From the NCBI GenBank assembly GCA_024277655.1, contig JAJRUT010000007.1:26209-90208 (forward strand): DNA of 64,000 nt, given 5' to 3'. Origin of the DNA: Deltaproteobacteria bacterium (GTDB lineage Bacteria; Desulfobacterota; Desulfobulbia; Desulfobulbales; SURF-16). The notes under the pieces are model-generated. The model made no database searches. It was given only the letters and a program-made list of their open reading frames with translations, and was not told the origin of the DNA. The translations under genes were made by a program, and so were the position numbers. This document shows, in pieces, positions 58,883 through 64,000 of the stretch (position 1 is the stretch's first letter; each line of letters starts with the position of its first letter).

Positions 58883-59782
58883 ATGCCAAACTCCGACCCA
58901 AAAGACCTTGACCCCCTCGCCGACCTAGATGACGACCTGGGTGACGACTGGGAATCAGCATTCCAGTCGGAGGACTTTATGTTCTCCCCCGATGATGAGG
59001 CCAATGATTTCTTTCTTTTTGACGAAAATGACGCCGAAGAGGACATAGACGAGCTCACCTCCATCATGGCAAATGCCGAGAAAGAGGTGCACCATGAGGC
59101 GGAGGCGTCACAGGCCGAAGCCCCAGACGACACAAAGAGCCAGCCAACCGGCTTCAAAAGGCAGCTCCCGGCCCAAGTCCGCCAATTCGCCACAGCAGGA
59201 CTGACCTTCTTTAACAGTCGCCCCCTCTATCAACGCGCCCTGGCAACAATAGCTCCCATCCTTGTCACCCTCCTCCTTCTAGGATCTTTTTTCCTCCAGC
59301 AAACCTCAAAGGAATTGGCCAAAAAAGAAGAACAGAACACCACCATCACCGCGAGCTCTGAAAAAACGCCTGAACAGCTCACAAAGCTCCAACCGCAAAG
59401 AAAAAAAGTCCCGCCTCCTCCTGCGATACAAGAACAGCCCCCCCGAACCAGAACGATCCGTAAACAGTGGGATTTTCCAACCTTCACTATTGTCAGCTCA
59501 ACGCCAAATACAGAGACCCTGTTTGTTAACGTTAACCTCAGCCTCATTGCCGTTCTACCGGAGGGTGGAGCTCTGCCGGAAGAAAAAAACGTCCTTATCA
59601 AAGACATCATTTATCAATTCTACAAAAACAGATCTCCCACAGAACTCAAACATTTTGCCCTTGCCAGGGGCGAGATGATCCACAAACTCCACAACTGGCT
59701 GACAAAAGAATGGCCAAACTCCCCGGTGAACACCGTGATATTTTCAAAATACCAGGTTGTTCGCGCTCCCTATACGAGCTAG
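58883..59782 (+). CDS. Hypothetical membrane protein: acidic N-terminus, one TM segment, C-terminal FliL-like region
   Basis: 299 aa. TM segment LATIAPILVTLLLLGSFFL. The C-terminus FTIVSS...LFVNVNLSLIAVLPEG...LIKDIIYQFYKNRSPTEL...GEMIHKLHNWL follows the FliL pattern. Confidence 0.6.
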   Translation: MPNSDPKDLDPLADLDDDLGDDWESAFQSEDFMFSPDDEANDFFLFDENDAEEDIDELTSIMANAEKEVHHEAEASQAEAPDDTKSQPTGFKRQLPAQVRQFATAGLTFFNSRPLYQRALATIAPILVTLLLLGSFFLQQTSKELAKKEEQNTTITASSEKTPEQLTKLQPQRKKVPPPPAIQEQPPRTRTIRKQWDFPTFTIVSSTPNTETLFVNVNLSLIAVLPEGGALPEEKNVLIKDIIYQFYKNRSPTELKHFALARGEMIHKLHNWLTKEWPNSPVNTVIFSKYQVVRAPYTS

Positions 59783-59785
59783 GAA

Positions 59786-59969
59786 CTTGTCCGAGAATAT
59801 CAGGCGAAGCGAAAAGGTGGAGATAAGCGCAGACTTCGAAATTGAGACCCGCTTTTCGATCATTTTCTGCGAATAACAGCGCAGCAGTGTCATGGCTATT
59901 TAAGGAAAATTAGCGGAAAAATGGGCTAATTTCTCCGGCTTTGTAGCCGGCTTCTTATTCTCGGACAAG
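59786..59969. repeat. 184-bp element bounded by 14-bp perfect inverted repeats, with internal hairpins
   Basis: CTTGTCCGAGAATA (59786-59799) pairs with TATTCTCGGACAAG (59956-59969). Internal stems include ATTAGC..GCTAAT, CCGGCT-TTGT-AGCCGG and CTGCG..CGCAG. Confidence 0.55.
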
Positions 59970-60126
59970 CTCTAGGCCCTAACAGCAAACAACCATCCGC
60001 AAATACCACATTCCTGTAACTAATTGCATTCTCCTGCACAACTATGTAACACATCTCCCGCGCACTCCTGCAAAAGCCAACCTTAAAACCACGCTCGTTC
60101 AAAGATATGCCATTTTTGTCAGAAAA

Positions 60127-60143
60127 AGGCATATCTTTTGCAT
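60127..60143 (+). promoter_or_regulatory. Sigma-54 promoter for amtB-glnK(-glnD): aGGCATatcttTTGCAt
   Basis: GG-N10-GC spacing is exact and the -12 TTGCA is perfect. It lies about 72 nt upstream of the amtB ATG in a nitrogen-regulated gene context. Confidence 0.6.
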
Positions 60144-60214
60144 ATTTGTCGCAAACAAACCGCGCACCAAGCAATGCGCCCACGCAACATAATGAGAAAG
60201 AGAGAGCAAACATC

Positions 60215-61438
60215 ATGATTAACAGCGGTGATACCACCTTTATCCTTATTTCAGCAGCCATGGTCCTTCTGATGACCCCAGGGCTTGCCTTCTTCTACGC
60301 CGGCATGGTTCGTCACAAAAATGTACTGGGGACTATCCTGCAATCCTTTATTATGATTTCGGTCATCAGCTTCGAGTGGGTATATATCGGCTACACCATG
60401 TCCTTTGGCCCGGATGTCGGCGGTCTGATCGGTGATTTCTCCATGCTTGGCCTCGCTGGCGTCACCAGCGCTCCCAGCGAAACATATGCCACAACCATCC
60501 CCCACCTGGTGTTTATGATCTACCAATGCATGTTTGCCGTAATTACTCCGGCCCTCATCACCGGTGCCTTTGCCGAACGGATGCGTTTTGGCCCCTTTCT
60601 CATATTCTCCCTGATCTGGACCATCCTCGTCTACAACCCAGTTTGCCACTGGGTATGGGGCGGTGGCTGGCTTGCTGAAAGAGGCGTTTTAGACTTTGCC
60701 GGCGGCCTGGTTGTTCACCTCACATCGGGCGCCGCAGCCGCCGCCGCTGTCTTGGTTCTCGGCCCACGCAAGGGCCTTGGCCGGGATAAATTCATGCCCC
60801 ACTCCCTACCCATGACCCTACTCGGCACTGGCCTTCTCTGGTTTGGCTGGTTCGGCTTTAATGCCGGCAGTGCCCTTGCCGCCAATGGCGTTGCCGCCAC
60901 TGCCTTTGTGGCAACTCACCTTGCCGGTATGGCTGGTATGGCCATGTGGGTCGGACTTGAATGGAAACTCTACAACCAGCCAACCACCCTCGGTGCGGCA
61001 TCAGGCGCCATTGCCGGGCTTGCAACCGTTACCCCGGCAGCAGGATTTATCAGCCCCCACGCGGCTATCATTATCGGCCTTATCGCCGGCCTTTGCTGTT
61101 TTACAGCTGTCACTTACAAGAATAAAATCGGCTGGGATGACTCCCTTGATGTTGTCGGCATCCACGGACTAGGGGGCGTAATCGGCACATTATGCCTTGG
61201 CATATTTGCCTCAAAGGCGATCAACCCCGGAGGGGCCGATGGTCTCCTTGCCGGCAACGCCTCCTTCTTAGCCACTCAGATTTTCGCGATCCTGGTTGTC
61301 GGAACTTACGCCTTTGTCGTAAGCTTCATCCTGTTGAAGATCCTCAACGTCTGTTGCGGTGGCCTACGTCTCAACTCAGACGATGAGACCGTTGGCCTTG
61401 ATCAGGCAGCTCACAGCGAGAATGCTTACAATATGTAA
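60215..61438 (+). CDS. amtB: Ammonium transporter AmtB
   Basis: Start moved to MINSGDTTFILISAAMVLLMTPGLAFFYAGMVR; the track start lies upstream of the predicted promoter. About 407 aa of conserved Amt motifs. Confidence 0.95.
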   Translation: MINSGDTTFILISAAMVLLMTPGLAFFYAGMVRHKNVLGTILQSFIMISVISFEWVYIGYTMSFGPDVGGLIGDFSMLGLAGVTSAPSETYATTIPHLVFMIYQCMFAVITPALITGAFAERMRFGPFLIFSLIWTILVYNPVCHWVWGGGWLAERGVLDFAGGLVVHLTSGAAAAAAVLVLGPRKGLGRDKFMPHSLPMTLLGTGLLWFGWFGFNAGSALAANGVAATAFVATHLAGMAGMAMWVGLEWKLYNQPTTLGAASGAIAGLATVTPAAGFISPHAAIIIGLIAGLCCFTAVTYKNKIGWDDSLDVVGIHGLGGVIGTLCLGIFASKAINPGGADGLLAGNASFLATQIFAILVVGTYAFVVSFILLKILNVCCGGLRLNSDDETVGLDQAAHSENAYNM

Positions 61439-61494
61439 AAGCTACGCGCGGAAGAAAACAATAGTTACCCAACAACAAAAAAAAGGCTCGCACA

Positions 61495-61945
<451 letters not shown>

Positions 61946-62082
61946 GCCATAAAGGCAGGGGCCCAGAACATGGCTCGCGCCATAAGGGTATTTCCCTTAA
62001 CAAGCAGCTCCTTGCCCCCAAAGAGTGAGTTTCGGCACACCTGCTGAAATTCACTCTTTTACGTTTATACCAGACCATCCCC

Positions 62083-64000
62083 ATGAAATCAGAATTACGC
62101 ACCCGCAGAAAGGCCCTTGAAACCCTGTGGAAGAAAGGCCTTAGTGGTCAAGTTCTCATTGAGGAACACACCACCATTGTTGACCTTAACCTCATTAATT
62201 CTTTTGAGAACTGCCAGGTAGACACCTCTGACATTGCCCTTGTTGCCCTCGGCGGATATGGCCGGAGCGAGCTCTTCCCCTTTTCCGATATCGACATCAT
62301 GATCCTCTACCGGGAAGGAGCAGAGGAACGTCTAAACGATATTGCTGAAGCCGCATTCTACCCCCTGTGGGACGCAGGGCTTGAGGTTGGTCACGGGGTT
62401 AGAACCCCTGCCATCTGTATCGATGACGCCCACAACGACTTCTTTTTTCAAGTGGCCATGCTCGATGCAAGACTTCTCACTGGCAACAAGAAACTCCTTA
62501 ACGAACTCCTTGACGAATACACCAAGACATTCATAAATGGCCAGCGAAAGCCATTTTTTGAGAATATGCTAAGCCACTGCAAGTTGCGCCACGAACGCTT
62601 CGGCAACCACAGCTACCTCCTTGAACCACATATCAAGGAGAGCCGAGGTGGATTTAGGGATATTCAGGCCATGCTCTGGTCGGCCCAGGTTGTTTTCGGC
62701 ATCAAGGACATTAACAGCATGGAGACCTCGGGACTCCTCACCCCCCAGGCCCGCCAAAAACTTGAAGAGGCCATCGACACCCTGGTAAAAATTAGAAACC
62801 GCTTGCACTACATCAGCGGTCGCAAGAATGACCAGCTCTTCTTTGAGCACCAGGAAGAAATGGCAGAAGCCTTTAAATACAAGGACACCAAATCCATGCT
62901 TGGCGTCGAGCTGTTTATGCACGATGTCCATCGTCACCTGCAAACCGTGGCCATTGCCACAGACCTCTTCTTTGAACATGTTCAGGATGTAATCGGCTTA
63001 AAACTTTACTCCGCCGAGGATTCCACCCTGGAAAAAGGTATTGAGCTACGCCACGGCCGTATCCAAATCAGCGAACCTGACCTCATCAGCAAACGCCCCT
63101 ACCTCCTAATGCGTGTCTTTAGCCAATCAGCCAAAACGGGCCAACCGATCCACCACCACACCAAACAAATCATCAGCAACAACCTTGAGCTTATAGAAAA
63201 AAACAGCCCGAAATCCAAACGGGCCTGCCAGGCATTTCAGGATGCCCTTGCAGGGCCACACAGCCTTGCGGTCCTCACCAACATGCTTGAAACAGGCACC
63301 CTTTCCGCCTTCATTCCGGAGTTTGAGCATCTTGAATCCCTAGCCCAGCACGATATTTACCACGTCTACACCGTGGACCGCCACCTTCTGCAAACCGTGG
63401 CCGAACTCAACCTTCTCAGTCAGGAAGAAAACGATATATTTGCCACCATAAACCAAACAAACATCCTCTTCCTGGCCGGACTTTTGCACGACATCGGCAA
63501 AGGTACCCAAAAAGATCACTCCACTTACGGCGGCAAACTTGTCATCACCATTGGCAAGCGCATGGGGCTTGCCAAAAAAGCCATAGACACCCTGGTTTTC
63601 CTGGTGGAAAACCACCTCTATCTTGCCACCATAGCCCTGCGCCGAGATATAGAGGACGAACAGCTCATCTTTGAATGCGCCCGAATTATCAAAACCAAAG
63701 AGCGGCTGGCCATGCTCTTTCTCCTCACTACAGCAGATGCCAGAGCCACCGGCCCCACGGTATGGACGGAATGGAAGAGCGCCCTGCTCCAGGAACTTTT
63801 CCTAAAGATCAGCCACGCCCTGGAACATAAGGAAACCACCACACCAGATCAACAGATCGCGGTTGACTGGATGCGTGAGCAACTTGCAGCCAAACTCCAC
63901 GACAGAACAAAGGCCATCTTTGAAATCAGCACCCTGCCAGACGACTACCTCGTCAGCTTCACCACCGATGAAGTCTTAAGCCACATCGGCACCTGGGCCA
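62083..64000 (+). CDS. glnD: [Protein-PII] uridylyltransferase/uridylyl-removing enzyme GlnD (N-terminal ~639 aa; continues past the window end)
   Basis: Absent from the track because it runs off the window. My translation gives MKSELRTRRKALETLW...ALVALGGYGRSELFPFSDIDIMILY (nucleotidyltransferase motif) and a later HD domain (LLHDIGKG). Confidence 0.9.
   Translation, partial: MKSELRTRRKALETLWKKGLSGQVLIEEHTTIVDLNLINSFENCQVDTSDIALVALGGYGRSELFPFSDIDIMILYREGAEERLNDIAEAAFYPLWDAGLEVGHGVRTPAICIDDAHNDFFFQVAMLDARLLTGNKKLLNELLDEYTKTFINGQRKPFFENMLSHCKLRHERFGNHSYLLEPHIKESRGGFRDIQAMLWSAQVVFGIKDINSMETSGLLTPQARQKLEEAIDTLVKIRNRLHYISGRKNDQLFFEHQEEMAEAFKYKDTKSMLGVELFMHDVHRHLQTVAIATDLFFEHVQDVIGLKLYSAEDSTLEKGIELRHGRIQISEPDLISKRPYLLMRVFSQSAKTGQPIHHHTKQIISNNLELIEKNSPKSKRACQAFQDALAGPHSLAVLTNMLETGTLSAFIPEFEHLESLAQHDIYHVYTVDRHLLQTVAELNLLSQEENDIFATINQTNILFLAGLLHDIGKGTQKDHSTYGGKLVITIGKRMGLAKKAIDTLVFLVENHLYLATIALRRDIEDEQLIFECARIIKTKERLAMLFLLTTADARATGPTVWTEWKSALLQELFLKISHALEHKETTTPDQQIAVDWMREQLAAKLHDRTKAIFEISTLPDDYLVSFTTDEVLSHIGTWA

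Overview
This is a 64-kb chromosomal window around dnaA. Gene content suggests an anaerobic Desulfobacterota (Desulfobulbales-like) organism, but that is inference only. The window is densely coded, with about 55 protein genes and 2 tRNAs, mostly core functions. In order: icd (partial), dnaA, a LysR regulator, a NahK-like kinase, a hemerythrin-domain chemoreceptor, an orphan 750-aa AAA+ protein, tRNA-Arg(ACG), a stand-alone hemerythrin, a DHH phosphoesterase and a HemY-like oxidase. Next come a chemotaxis operon (cheA-cheW-cheR-cheD-HDOD), a TPR-like lipoprotein, a divergent PBP1A/MltD pair, an SDR, a dGTPase-like protein, a deaminase, a radical SAM protein, tatBC, purA and tRNA-Gly(CCC). These are followed by a five-gene lipoprotein cluster, rpoZ, dnaJ, moaC, dksA, a galT-like gene, a response regulator, folE2, glyS, maf, fabL and a DUF362 protein. 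The window ends with a ~12-kb flagellar switch/export operon (fliLMNOPQR-flhBAFG-fliA-cheY) and amtB-glnK-glnD (partial). I saw no CRISPR array, transposase, integrase or phage genes. No clear multi-gene defence-like or otherwise novel system is evident. The items most worth a second look are: (1) the orphan 750-aa protein with an uncharacterised N-terminal region and a C-terminal AAA ATPase, sitting next to tRNA-Arg; (2) the five-gene cluster of lipoproteins and secreted paralogs; (3) an in-frame TAA inside the essential glyS gene; (4) a set of unusual oligo-periodic and palindromic intergenic elements, including a perfect (AACCCTT)x5 inside the flagellar operon; (5) a 184-bp inverted-repeat-bounded structured element and a sigma-54 promoter embedded in a palindrome upstream of amtB; (6) a 941-bp non-coding gap upstream of fliL. 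All functional calls rest on my reading of the translated ORFs and remembered family motifs; no database search was run.
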